Source: Mytilus edulis (Eukaryota). From it: a stretch of 64,000 bases of DNA. Where the stretch lies: positions 310,001-374,000 of the forward strand of contig NC_092357.1 in assembly GCF_963676685.1 (NCBI RefSeq), written 5' to 3'. The notes under the pieces were generated by a model. It was not told the DNA's origin, searched no databases, and saw only the letters and a list, made by a program, of their open reading frames with translations. Below are positions 27,386 through 38,128 of this stretch, one piece after another. The position numbers and the translations under genes are program-made. The first letter of the stretch is position 1, and each line of letters begins with the position of its first letter.

Positions 27386-27799
27386 CCTTAGTTTTTCGAA
27401 AATTTTTAACTTTAAACAGGAAATTTATAAAAAAAAATTGACCACATTATTGATATTTATGTCAACACCGAAGTGTTGACTACTGGGCTGGTGATACCCT
27501 CGGGGACGAAACGTCCACCAGCAGTGGCATCGACCCAGTGGTGTAAACTGTTATCAAAGGTACCAGGTTTATAATTTAGTACGCCAGACGCGCGTTTCGT
27601 CTACATAAGACTCATCAGTGACGGTCATATCAAAATATTTATAAAGCCAAGCAAGTACAAAGTTGAAGAGCATTGAGGATCCAAAATTCCAAAAAGTTGT
27701 GCCAAATACGGCTAAGGAAATCTATGCCTGGAATAAAAAAAATCCTTAGTTTTTCGAAAATTTTTAACTTTAAACAGGAAATTTATAAGAAAATGACCA
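27386..27799 (-). mobile_element. Non-LTR retrozyme: one ~358-bp monomer plus a ~56-bp direct terminal repeat
   Basis: CCTTAGTTTTTCGAAAATTTTTAACTTTAAACAGGAAATTTATAA occurs at 27386 and 27744 (period 358). The monomer contains a type I hammerhead on the minus strand. Confidence 0.85.
27581..27626 (-). ncRNA. Type I (minimal, stem III-short) hammerhead ribozyme
   Basis: Minus strand reads GACCGUCA-CUGAUGA-GUCU-UAUGU-AGAC-GAAAC-GCGC-GUC^UGGCGU: full catalytic core, stem II, palindromic short stem III, and stem I CGUCA/UGGCG. Predicted cleavage is between 27587 and 27586. Confidence 0.88.
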
Positions 27800-28395
27800 T
27801 TGTCGATATCGCAAAGTAGACGATGTCGACACGATATTCCATAACGTTGTCTGTGTCGTTTCATACTCTTGTCTACATCGCTGACCTTGACGATATCGCG
27901 AGGTAGACAATGTCGAAACAATATTGTACAACGTTGTTGATATGGTTTCACATTCTTGTCCACATCGTTGACATGCACGATATCGCGAAGTTGACAATGT
28001 CGACACGATATTGTACCACGTTGTCAATATCGTTTCATACTGTTGTTTTGGTTAATTGACATTTGAAGTTAATATTATATTATTGATTGTTATTATTAAT
28101 ATGGAGAAAAAGTAATCCATGACATATAAATGTAGAGTTTAACTGAGTTTTGTTAGATCCAAACCATCGCAATATCGGCGATGTCAACGATGTCGTCAAG
28201 ATGTCGATGATGTCAACGGTGTAGAAGAGTAAGGAGAACGATGTAGACGATGTCGTCACGATGTTGTCAATATCACGATGTCTGCGATTTCACCGATGTA
28301 GACAGGAAAAGAGACGATGAGACATTGTTACGAGCAGGTACAAAAATTTATCATGACCGAAATTGAAAATATCGGCAATATCGTCACTACATCGT
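27800..28395. repeat. CGATGT/ACATCG-rich degenerate repeat region (probable non-autonomous DNA element with subterminal repeats)
   Basis: Dense short repeats of CGATGTCG/CGATAT/ACATCG in two blocks (27800-28035 and 28165-28395) around an AT-rich spacer. Confidence 0.55.
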
Positions 28396-28399
28396 GCAC

Positions 28400-29200
28400 A
28401 GAACATAAAATTCTTTGAAACTGACATTATAAAGATACTGGATTTCTTGATTGACCACATATTTGTTTCGATTGGAGGATGTGTTTTCAACAGACTATCG
28501 GCATTCCCAGGGGATATGTGTCCCTCTTCTTGGCGACTTGTTCCTTATTCTTATGAGACTGACTTCACACAGGAATTTCTTATGAAGAAAGAAAAGAAGT
28601 TAGTAGTATCATTTAATTGTCCTTTCCGCTATATAGATAGATGTTGTTCTATCACTAAATAGTTGAACATTTGGTAAACGCATCTATCCAATCAACTAGA
28701 GATAAAGGATGCAACAGATAAAGTTAAGTGTGTCTCATATATATCTTTACTAAGATATAAAAATTGACAATGCGGGTCAGTTGGAAAAAAAAACTTTATA
28801 CGACTTTTGACTGAAGTCATGGAGAAGCTTACATAGACGTTGTACGTTGCCTAATCTCCTCCAAATTTACTGGAATAAAATACTGTTTAAACCTTAAACT
28901 TTACAACAAAAGATATGATTTCAGCTTTCTAATTGTGGACTTTCCATTTCTACATATATGTAGCAACATTCCAGTAGCGCCTACATACGGAGTATATATC
29001 TCCCAATTGATACGATATTCCCAGGCTTGTAATTCCTATCATGATATTCTTGAAAGAGGGTTGCTGCTCACAGCGTATTTTTTAAATCAAGAGTTCCTAT
29101 TGGTGAAGTTTTAAAATCATTCCTTCGTAAATTTTACGGACTCAATCACGAGGTGACTGATGGTTATGCAATATCAGTCTCACAGATGATAGCGGAGATG
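28400..29200 (+). pseudogene. Decayed Penelope-like reverse transcriptase fragment
   Basis: Reading across frameshifts: DIIKILDFLIDHIFV..GG.VF.Q.IGIP.G, FRYID, then KLY.KR.DF.F.IVDFPF..SNIP.AP.YGVYISQLIRYS, which is the PLE RT palm/thumb pattern. Confidence 0.72.
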
Positions 29201-29681
29201 TTCCCAATGTCGTAATCACAATCACGTCAACTTTTCAAGAAAGTGACGTACCGTAAGAATGTGACCTACCGACTACCGTATGAGACTTGAGACCGGGTTT
29301 ATAAAAATATAAGCAACACGAGGGTTGCCACAAGTTTTTGGCGGGGTTCATGTTTCTTAGTATTTAGTTTTTTATGTTGTGATGTAAACTATTGTTTGTT
29401 CATTTGTTTGTTTTCTTTCTTTCTTAGCCACCCTTTGGTATCTTTTTGTCCCTCTTGTAGAAACATAAACAATGAAATACAACACCGTCAACATTTATTG
29501 TATACATGACATCAAGAATCACATATGAAGATAAGTGTCCTTACATGTGCCGAGCTTTAAATCTTAACTCTCACTGGACGAAGGTGTGTGTTTATACATA
29601 TCTAAATGGACGATCTCACGGCATTGTTTACCATAGGCTCAGCCCCCCTCCCTTTTTTCATGGGAAAAAAATTGGTTGATT

Positions 29682-29864
29682 TGTTATGTATTAGGGTTGA
29701 ATTCTGTTCGAGGTCGGGGCTATTCCAGGTAAGGGTGTAAGGTCAGACCCGTAATGCTGTTTTTGATGTTTCTTGAGTATTAGCGTGCTTATGGAGAATA
29801 AAGACGTGTTTGTAATGATGTCTTGTCCATTTATTTAGTCCCCGTAAAAGGCAAGAACATCTCA
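29682..29864 (+). repeat. 5' LTR of Gypsy-A
   Basis: TGTTATG...CATCTCA with internal AATAAA; direct repeat of 47894-48073. Confidence 0.95.
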
Positions 29865-30077
29865 TGGTGGAGGACTTCAAATGGATTAATTTGTTCTGTA
29901 AACCGCTTTTGACAATTTGTTTCAATTTTATACTGTGTAACTGAAATATTTTTGTGAATTACCACGAGGATCGATTTGCGTGCACTGAAGCGTGACACTA
30001 CATGTAGGCGGCAAGCACATGGTTTTTACACAGAGACAATTTTTATTTCCGTTGGTTGTTGAAATTTTTGTTCCCGA

Positions 30078-30815
30078 ATGAGTCTTATTTCTAAAGCCGA
30101 GAAAAATCTCACCAACTTAAGTCCGAGGTTAGAAAATGTGGGAACTTTGAAAAATATACCTGTCGTTTTATCTGACAGTAAGGGAAGGTATTTAAAGGAT
30201 CAGAATGTAGATAAACACCCTGAACGGAAAATTGTATGGTGGATACATCCCGGCACGACGGTACAACAGAATTCACAATGGTTGAAAGAAAAAGCTGTGA
30301 AGACATTTCAGGACGTAGGACAGATACACATTACTCTTTTTATATGGTTGGGCACCTGTGACTTAACATTCAAGACTGGTAAATATGTTTTTTTGAAATC
30401 ATCTGATTTTCAAGTGGTAACAGATCTTTGCCAGGATTTTCGGGATATCTACACCTTTATACACCAGTTCCCAACAGTGCGACTTATTTTTCTTCAAGTT
30501 CCGTTTTATTCTATTTACTGGTGGAACAAGTTTCATAACCACCCTGACCCCGACCAGTTCTTAAAGAAGGACGATATTCTACATGAGCAGATATTAGAAG
30601 TGAATAAGTACATCATCACTTTAAACGAATTTTTAGGACAAAACTCACCGGATTTCAATTTGGACATTTTGGCATCCAGAAAGCGGCACTACGATCTGCA
30701 AACGAGTTATAGTACATCTTTCGCTCTGTACTTGGATGGGATTCATCCGTCACCTACACTAGCGAAGCTTTGGCTTCTCAGACTTTGTTTAAGGCTTAAT
30801 AAAGATTGTAATTAA
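30078..30815 (+). CDS. Extra ORF of Gypsy-A: SGNH/GDSL hydrolase (esterase)-like protein, 245 aa
   Basis: Block I-like VVLSDS(34)KG, block II-like HPG, block III-like WLGTCD(95)L and block V D(220)GIH(223)P, in the correct order and spacing. The ORF is intact and intronless, between the PBS and gag. Confidence 0.78.
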   Translation: MSLISKAEKNLTNLSPRLENVGTLKNIPVVLSDSKGRYLKDQNVDKHPERKIVWWIHPGTTVQQNSQWLKEKAVKTFQDVGQIHITLFIWLGTCDLTFKTGKYVFLKSSDFQVVTDLCQDFRDIYTFIHQFPTVRLIFLQVPFYSIYWWNKFHNHPDPDQFLKKDDILHEQILEVNKYIITLNEFLGQNSPDFNLDILASRKRHYDLQTSYSTSFALYLDGIHPSPTLAKLWLLRLCLRLNKDCN

Positions 30816-31143
30816 AACATTTACCTCACTGATTAGTATGTTTTTCACAGATTTTCAGTTTTGTATGTGAGAATTTATCTCGCTGCTCTTTGTATTGATA
30901 CTTGAACATGGTTGTATGTATAGTGGTTCAGTGTATGTGAGAATTAACTCGCTGCACAAGGCATTAAACAAAGCGTAATACATTTAGACTGAAGTATACA
31001 TATAAAAGTCATTCTAGCTCGCTAGACCCACAACTGTTGATTTTTGCTCTTTATATTAAAATGGCATCTTATGAATGTGTATGTGAGAATTTACTCGCTA
31101 CATGTATAGGGTAATCCTGATCGTTGGTAACATAATTTTGTAA

Positions 31144-32367
31144 ATGACTTCAAATCAACTCTCGGCAAATTTTTCTGATGACGAGTACAACAGTGAGGTC
31201 GAATTTGGATTGATATCAATTAAGTCGCCTGAAACCCCACTACTGCCTTTACCCGTTTCTGTATCACCATTGTCCCAGTACTCTGACGATTCCCTAGAAT
31301 TTGAACTTGTACAACCACACTCTATTCTATCAGACGAATTTTTGTCGCTAAATCAGCTTCGGGAGCCAGATATTAATTATTTACTTACTCCGTCCCCAAA
31401 ACTACCTTTGAACTTTTCAACATGTAATTCAAATCTTGCCATTTCAGACACGATGGAAAAACTAGCAAACTGTCGGAAATTTGGCGGCTATCCCCATGAA
31501 AATGCTGCATTATTTATTGCTGAGTTTGAATCATATGCAACCCTACATAACATCTCACCACTGGACGACAACCGAATAATAGCGGCGCTACATTTACATT
31601 TTACTGGTCCAGCATTAACCTGGTTTAATTCACTATCGTCTGAAAATATGGCATCATGGGAAGCTATAGTACATTTGTTCACAGACAAATATGTTGATTT
31701 AGACTGGCAAAATCCTACAGTTATGCTTGATAGTGAAATCTTTGAAAACATGTCTTTATCGTCAGGCCAGTCAATTGATGATTTTTATTGCCAACTTGTG
31801 GAAAAAGCAAATACATTGAAAAAACCTGATCACGAAATTTTAGTTAAATTCATTAAAGGGTTACCCGAACAACTAGCATTTTTTGTAAGAGCCGGTCACC
31901 ATAGAGACAGTCCATCGGCATTAGCAGCCGCTAAAATGGGCGAAGCTTATGGGTATAGGAAGGCTGAGCTACAAGTAGCTGCGGCAAGTAAACAGGCAAA
32001 ACCTAGTGATAAACGTGACTCCGAGTTCGCCTCCTTACAGTCACAAATAGACACTCTTACTAAGGCAGTCCAAAATTTAACTACATCTAAAACTGATGAA
32101 AGTACAAAACAAAACAGACATACCGATCGATTTGCTTATAGTCGTCAGCAGGCAACTTACCCCCCACAGGCAACAAACAGTCGTCACCAGGCAACCTATC
32201 TCCCTCAGGCAACAAACAATCTTTGTTTCAATTGTAATTCGCCAAATCATATTAAACGTTATTGCAACTGGAACGGACAAGGAGTTAGCAGTTCCGATAT
32301 CACATGTCAGTTGTGTGACCAAATTGGTCATTTAGCGGTTAATTGTAAGAGACTTTTGGGAAACTGA
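31144..32367 (+). CDS. gag: Gag of Gypsy-A (capsid-like domain + two CCHC zinc knuckles); the true start may be the ATG at 31452
   Basis: LHFTGPALTWF capsid-like motif; CFNCNSPNHIKRYC and CQLCDQIGHLAVNC knuckles. Confidence 0.9.
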   Translation: MTSNQLSANFSDDEYNSEVEFGLISIKSPETPLLPLPVSVSPLSQYSDDSLEFELVQPHSILSDEFLSLNQLREPDINYLLTPSPKLPLNFSTCNSNLAISDTMEKLANCRKFGGYPHENAALFIAEFESYATLHNISPLDDNRIIAALHLHFTGPALTWFNSLSSENMASWEAIVHLFTDKYVDLDWQNPTVMLDSEIFENMSLSSGQSIDDFYCQLVEKANTLKKPDHEILVKFIKGLPEQLAFFVRAGHHRDSPSALAAAKMGEAYGYRKAELQVAAASKQAKPSDKRDSEFASLQSQIDTLTKAVQNLTTSKTDESTKQNRHTDRFAYSRQQATYPPQATNSRHQATYLPQATNNLCFNCNSPNHIKRYCNWNGQGVSSSDITCQLCDQIGHLAVNCKRLLGN

Positions 32368-32409
32368 ACAGTCCCGGAGGACACCAGGCACGGTCTTTCG
32401 GGAGGACTG
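32358..32409 (+). promoter_or_regulatory. Programmed -1 ribosomal frameshift signal (G GGA AAC + downstream hairpin) joining gag to pol
   Basis: Heptamer GGGAAAC at 32358-32364 lies directly before the gag stop. Hairpin CAGTCC...GGACTG at 32369-32409 has inner stem CGGAGGAC/GTCTTTCG. The -1 frame is open from the heptamer into the pol ORF. Confidence 0.8.
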
Positions 32410-35400
32410 ATATAGGTGCCAAATGTCGTAGTCGTTCGCCTTCTAGGTCATTTATTAACACTGTTCAATCTGAACATTTTCAAACTTCCGATGATGAAAT
32501 GCAGTGTTCTACATCAAATATGGAAAGCCGGAATAAGTTTATTTATTTGCCTGTACAGATTTTGAATTTGAAAATTGCAGCCCTAGTAGATACGGGAAGC
32601 TCAATAAATGTAATTTCACAACAATTATTTAATTCAATACCTGAAACTCACAAGTCATGGGTAAATTCAACTAGTGAGAAAATTGTTTTAGCTAATAACC
32701 AATCTGTTAACATTATTGGTGTTTCACGAATTAAAATACAAATTCCACAAGGAAAACATTGGATTTTAGTACATGTATTTTCACAAACATCACATCCGTT
32801 ATTATTAGGCACAGACTATTTGGTCTCGAAGAAAATTATGCTAGATTTTTCAAAGTTGACCGTATGTTCCCGTTTCTGTAAAGTGAAAAATCAAAAGCGT
32901 TTGTCAGTTTTGCCAAATTCTGAGATGATAGTATGGGGCAAAGTTCATAATGATATTTTACATGGTATGCAAGGAATATGCACGAACCATAATTATTTGT
33001 TTAAATTGGGTGTTTTGACAGCGAAATCGGTAGTTTCTGTAAATAAAGATAAACTGGTGCCTGTCAAACTGTTTAATTCTACAAATGAAATAGTTGATAT
33101 TCCAAGGGGTCAGATTGTTGCGAAATTTGAGATACTTGACAATGACTCTGATTTAATAGCTACATGTATAGGAAATAGAGAAAATCCAGAGGTTAATAAT
33201 GTACAGTTTTCGACCGAAAAGTGTGAAGATGGGGAACTTAGTGGGACAAAAATTTTCTCCTATTTTGATATTCCAAAACATTTATCTGAGTCTGAACAAG
33301 GACAATTGAAAGGGTTTTTAAAATCGCATGACAACATATTTGTAACAGATGAAAATCCTGCTTTAGGTTTCACGGACGTAGTGCAACACAAGATTATACT
33401 AAAACCGGATTTCAAGCCAAAATATCAGCGATCGTATCGCCTTACCCCAGATAAAAAACAAGTACTTCGGGATCATCTCGATCATTTGCTAAAACAAGGA
33501 ATAATTTCCCCGGTTGGTGAAACCGAAGATATACCCATCACAAGTCCCATAGTGTTAGTTTCAAAAAGAGCCAAGGAGTCCCGAAATAGCCAAAATAGCG
33601 ATTTCAATCAGTCTTCAAACAGTCTCTCTCAGTTCAGATTTTGTTGCGATTTCCGTTATTTAAATTCTCAGTCTCAGCAGTTTTTTTATGGACTACCAGA
33701 ATTACAGGATTTAACAGAGTCTTTCTCAAACAGGACCCCGAATTTCATAACTCATATCGATTTAAGTTCAGGATTTTTTCAGATGCCTATATCTCCAGAC
33801 AGCCAACGATATACCGCATTCAACACTTGTTACGGTACATATAAATTTCTCCGCCTACCAATGGGTTTAAGTTCATCGCCAGGATCATTTCAACTTTTAA
33901 TGGACAAAGTGCTCCATGGGTTAACATTCAATTCATGTCTGTGTTATTTAGATGACGTTTTAATAACATCAGAAACCTTTGAGCAACACCTTAGTGATTT
34001 ACATGAGGTATTTAATCGTTTACAAGCCGCTGGCCTAAAATTGGGCCCTAAGAAATGTCATTTTGCACAGAAATCTTGTTTGTTTCTTGGCCACCTTATT
34101 TCTAAAGACGGTATACAACCACCGCCTGATCGAATTACAGCAGTTCAAGAATATCCGTCACCCCGATCAGTACGTGAACTTCGCCGTGCACTAGGTCTGT
34201 TGAACTGGTTCAAGAAATTTATTCCAAATTTTAGCGCTGAAATAGAACCTCTAACCAAACTTCTTCGGAAAAACGCCAAATTTCGTTGGACATCAGAACA
34301 AGAAAATGCATTTACCAAGTTGAAATCTTTATTGACAAATTCTCCGATCTTAGCATTTCCAAATTTTCATACTGAGTTTTATTTAGCAGTGGATACCAGT
34401 TCTAAAGGTATAGGATACATGTTGTACCAGTATCAGGAGACAGCTAGCGATAGTAAGGATGTCAGTGTAATTCGTTTTGGTTCTAAGTCATTAAGCAAAT
34501 GGCAAAGATCGTACGGACCTACAAAATTAGAATTACTAGGGATGGTAACAGCTATTTTAGATTGTGCAATGTATTTGAGGGGTCGTAAATTTATTGTCGA
34601 GTGCGACCACCAGGCCCTTCGGCCTATATTTCAAAAACAACTTAAAGGGGCCATATATGAACGCTGGGTAGCAATATTGCAACAGTTCAATTTTGAACTA
34701 CGATATAAACCGGCAAAAGATATGCAGGTTGCAGACGCTTTATCTCGGTCAACTCGATTGACAAGTTGTGAAGGTATGATAGTCCTGATCAAGAGGACCC
34801 ATTTTTTCCGTACGTTCCCGAACATGTTGGTGATATACAATTTGAAGGAAAGCGTGTTAAATTTCCGAAATTTATGGATTCTGAAAGTACTGATTTTCAA
34901 GAACACAATCTTCCGGAAGTTAACAACGTAATGCAAAGTCACGACTCCATTAGGAATTTAAAACATTTTAAGCGCAGTAAACAATTTCAAAACAAACAAT
35001 TAGATTTTGGATATGACGCTGATACAGAAGATTACGATGTAGCAAATCAAACAATTTCCAAAATAAAAAGTCAGTTACCAGATTACATAAAATATTCACG
35101 GACAAATGTGACTCTGAAGACCGTAATATAACAGCAGATACAGGAAACCGTGATATACCGGAAACTTCATCTCAAAATATTGACACTGAAAATCAGTCAG
35201 AATCAGTCGATCACAAAACAAGTGCTAAAAATCAGGATACAGAAATTTCTACGGAAAAGGAAGATCATTCAAATTTTACAACGTTAAATACCGATGGTGA
35301 CGAAACCCAAACTAATCTTAGTACAGAAACGGCTACAAGTGAGAACAATACGCAAGTTAAATTCACTGATTCAATTGAAATTTTTAGACATGGTGATTTT

Positions 35401-37141
35401 AGTAAGGACACTTTTCAAAAACTGCAAGTGCGGGACCCATACGTTGGACCTTTTATATCATATTTTGAACAGAATAAATTACCGTCTTCACAGAAAGCTG
35501 CTAGAAAACTTCTACTCGAAACTCCAAATTATGACATGGTGGATGGATTGCTTTTTCATACTCGTACAGCAAAGTATAAAACGGACAAAACTTTTCACTT
35601 CGTATCAACTAGCATTACCAGAGGTCGCTATTAAAACCGTTCTTCGATTGTACCATGACTCACCGTTAGGTGGACACGGTGGCATTCAACATACAGCGGA
35701 CATGTTAAAAGAACATTATTATTTTCCGAAATTATTACAGAGTGTGACGGATTATGTTAGAAGTTGTCACGATTGTCAGAGCCGAAAAGTTACTCAAGTT
35801 AAAACAAAAGCCGGTATCGTCGCTTTTAAGACACCTGAAGCGCCTTTTCAGGTTTGGCAAATGGACCTATACGGACCTGTACCAGTGTCAGCAAAAGGAA
35901 ACTCTTATATATTTACAGCCGTCGATGCGTTCACAAAATTTTTAGTTGCAGAGCCTATACCAAACAAAGATGCGTTGACAGTTGCGGAAGTCTTGTTTAA
36001 ACTTGTATCTCAATATGGGGTTTGCGATACTCTGATCAGTGACAGTGGTTCGGAAGCCACCGCTCGTGCAATTAAGGAAGTGTGTCGATTACTGGAGATA
36101 AATCAGCAATTCACACCGAGTTTTACTCACCACTGTCTTGGTTTGTGTGAAAGAACGCATAGAACGTTTGCAGAACGCATGACGCCTTACATTCAACAGG
36201 GAAAACATTGGGAGGATATGGTACCATCTATTTTATTTTCATTAAATTCAACTGCCAATGACAGTGTAAAATATTCACCTTTTGAAATTCTTTACGGCAG
36301 TCGTCCTAAATTTCCTTTGTCGGGACACGTTCGTGATTTGAATTTAGCGTCAATCCCAAAAGATTATCATGACTATCTTAAACAATTTTCCGAAAGATTA
36401 GATATTATTCGGAATGAAGTAAAGGATCACGCACTAAAGTCGCAAACAGCAATGATGGAACGCGCTAATCAAAAAGTTCATAACTTAACATTAAGACTTG
36501 GCGACTTTGTATACATGAGTAAAGACCCGACAGGTGCAGGACATAAATTTAAATTCAAATTTGCAGGACCATATGTTGTTGAAAATTGTGAAAGTCCACA
36601 CTTATATACATTAAAAGACCAGACTACATCTAAAATTTTCCCGTCAATCCATATTAACAGACTAAAGCCGGCATATGTTCGCAAACCTAATCAATGTAAC
36701 TATTTCATGGATCCAGTTATTACAAATGTCAATCAGTTCACAGTAGAACACGATTTACTATCAGATGAACATTCGGAACACAGTGAGAACGATAGTCCAT
36801 GCAATGATCTTGTTTCATCCGAAAATAAATTATCCAATGTCCCGGATGTAATCACATCAGGAAATAATTTACCCGTGCGACGTTCTAAAAGGACACACAG
36901 AAAACCCATGCGGTTCCGAGACACTAATTTTATGACACCTGAATCGTTCACAGATAGTCATATCAAAGAGAATGTTAAAATCAAACGTATACTAGCTTGT
37001 AAAATAGTGAACGGAACACATAAATATTTAGTTCATCTTTGTGGCGAACCTGCACAGAACGCACGTTGGATGGATATTTCTGATCTCAACGTTAAAGCCA
37101 AAGAGATTATTAGTAAAAGGCCCCCGCCTATAATAAATTAA
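32358..37141 (+). pseudogene. pol: Pol of Gypsy-A: protease, RT, RNase H, acidic spacer, integrase, chromodomain-like tail; ~3 frameshifts (~34775, ~35070, ~35575)
   Basis: LVDTGSS, YLDD, LAVDTS...CDHQAL...ADALSR, HHCC (YHDSPLGGH...CHDC), and the integrase core (MDLYG, SDSG, GLCER). Domain order PR-RT-RH-IN is the Gypsy order. Confidence 0.92.
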
Positions 37142-38101
37142 GTGTATTATAGCTTGGGCGTGTGGAAATTATTCCGCCGCTTACAATGATATAAATGATC
37201 AAAGTAGCCTCTGCTCGTAACTGCATAAGCGTGTGGGATTTTCACTGCCGCTAATTCATAAGTTTCCAGAGATAAAGTTTGCGTAACAAAGTAATGTAAG
37301 AAAAAGAAAAGAAAAGAATCACCAGCATCATCTCTGTTGCACCTGATATTTGTGTGAGGGTTATCTCGCCGTCATTCGTATTCTTGTATAGATGTCCAAC
37401 AATTTGAAAACTTTGAACTGTTAATTGAGTCACTTTATTAATGCTAATCGTTTGTTCAAATTTATTGCATTTCATTATATTTTTGGTTGACTTGGAATAG
37501 CCCATTTTTTTTAATAAGTGTGCATAAATTCATTCAAGATTTGCATATCAGTTTTCACTATTTGCACATAACTGATTTTCATCAAATTTGTTCATGATAA
37601 CGGAAATCATTTGATAGCGTGTACATTTGATACAGTAGAATGAATGTTCATGTGGAATATTGTCAGTAGCGGTGTGATAGAAATCATAAACTGCCGTTTT
37701 AAGAGGTGTTGCTTTTCTGAAACATGTTTCATTAACTATAAATACGGATCCACGAGTCTGTGAGAGAGAGTAGGGGGGTGGGGTATGAGAGTGTGAGAGA
37801 AACAGTTATGGTGGATGAAACCTATTGTGGAAAGCTCATTTTCAATAAGAGGTAGCGGTCTCTGTTGGTTCCTTATCGATGTAAACAGCTACAGTCATGA
37901 CAACATTGTTTCACTTATATATATATATATATATATATCAAACGTCTGAATAATAGTCAACGATTTTTCCCACGTGGGAGCTGGATCGTTACAAGTAACG
38001 ATACATGTACACAATAAAATAAATTATATAAACGTCTAAAAAGTGTACATAACAACACCAATGATATAAAAAGGAACTATAAATGTAATTATTTATAAAT
38101 A

Positions 38102-38128
38102 TTTCGGATAACAGATATCCTTCGTCAG
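38102..38128 (-). ncRNA. Hammerhead-like core in the PLE pseudo-LTR (second copy 41709-41735)
   Basis: Minus strand CUGACGA-A-GGAUA-UCUGU-UAUCC-GAAA. Stem II is clear, but stems I and III were not resolved by eye. Confidence 0.5.

Noticed and set aside
37142-37915. env-like third ORF in Gypsy-A
   Set aside because: No long sense ORF after integrase; the 3' region is non-coding.
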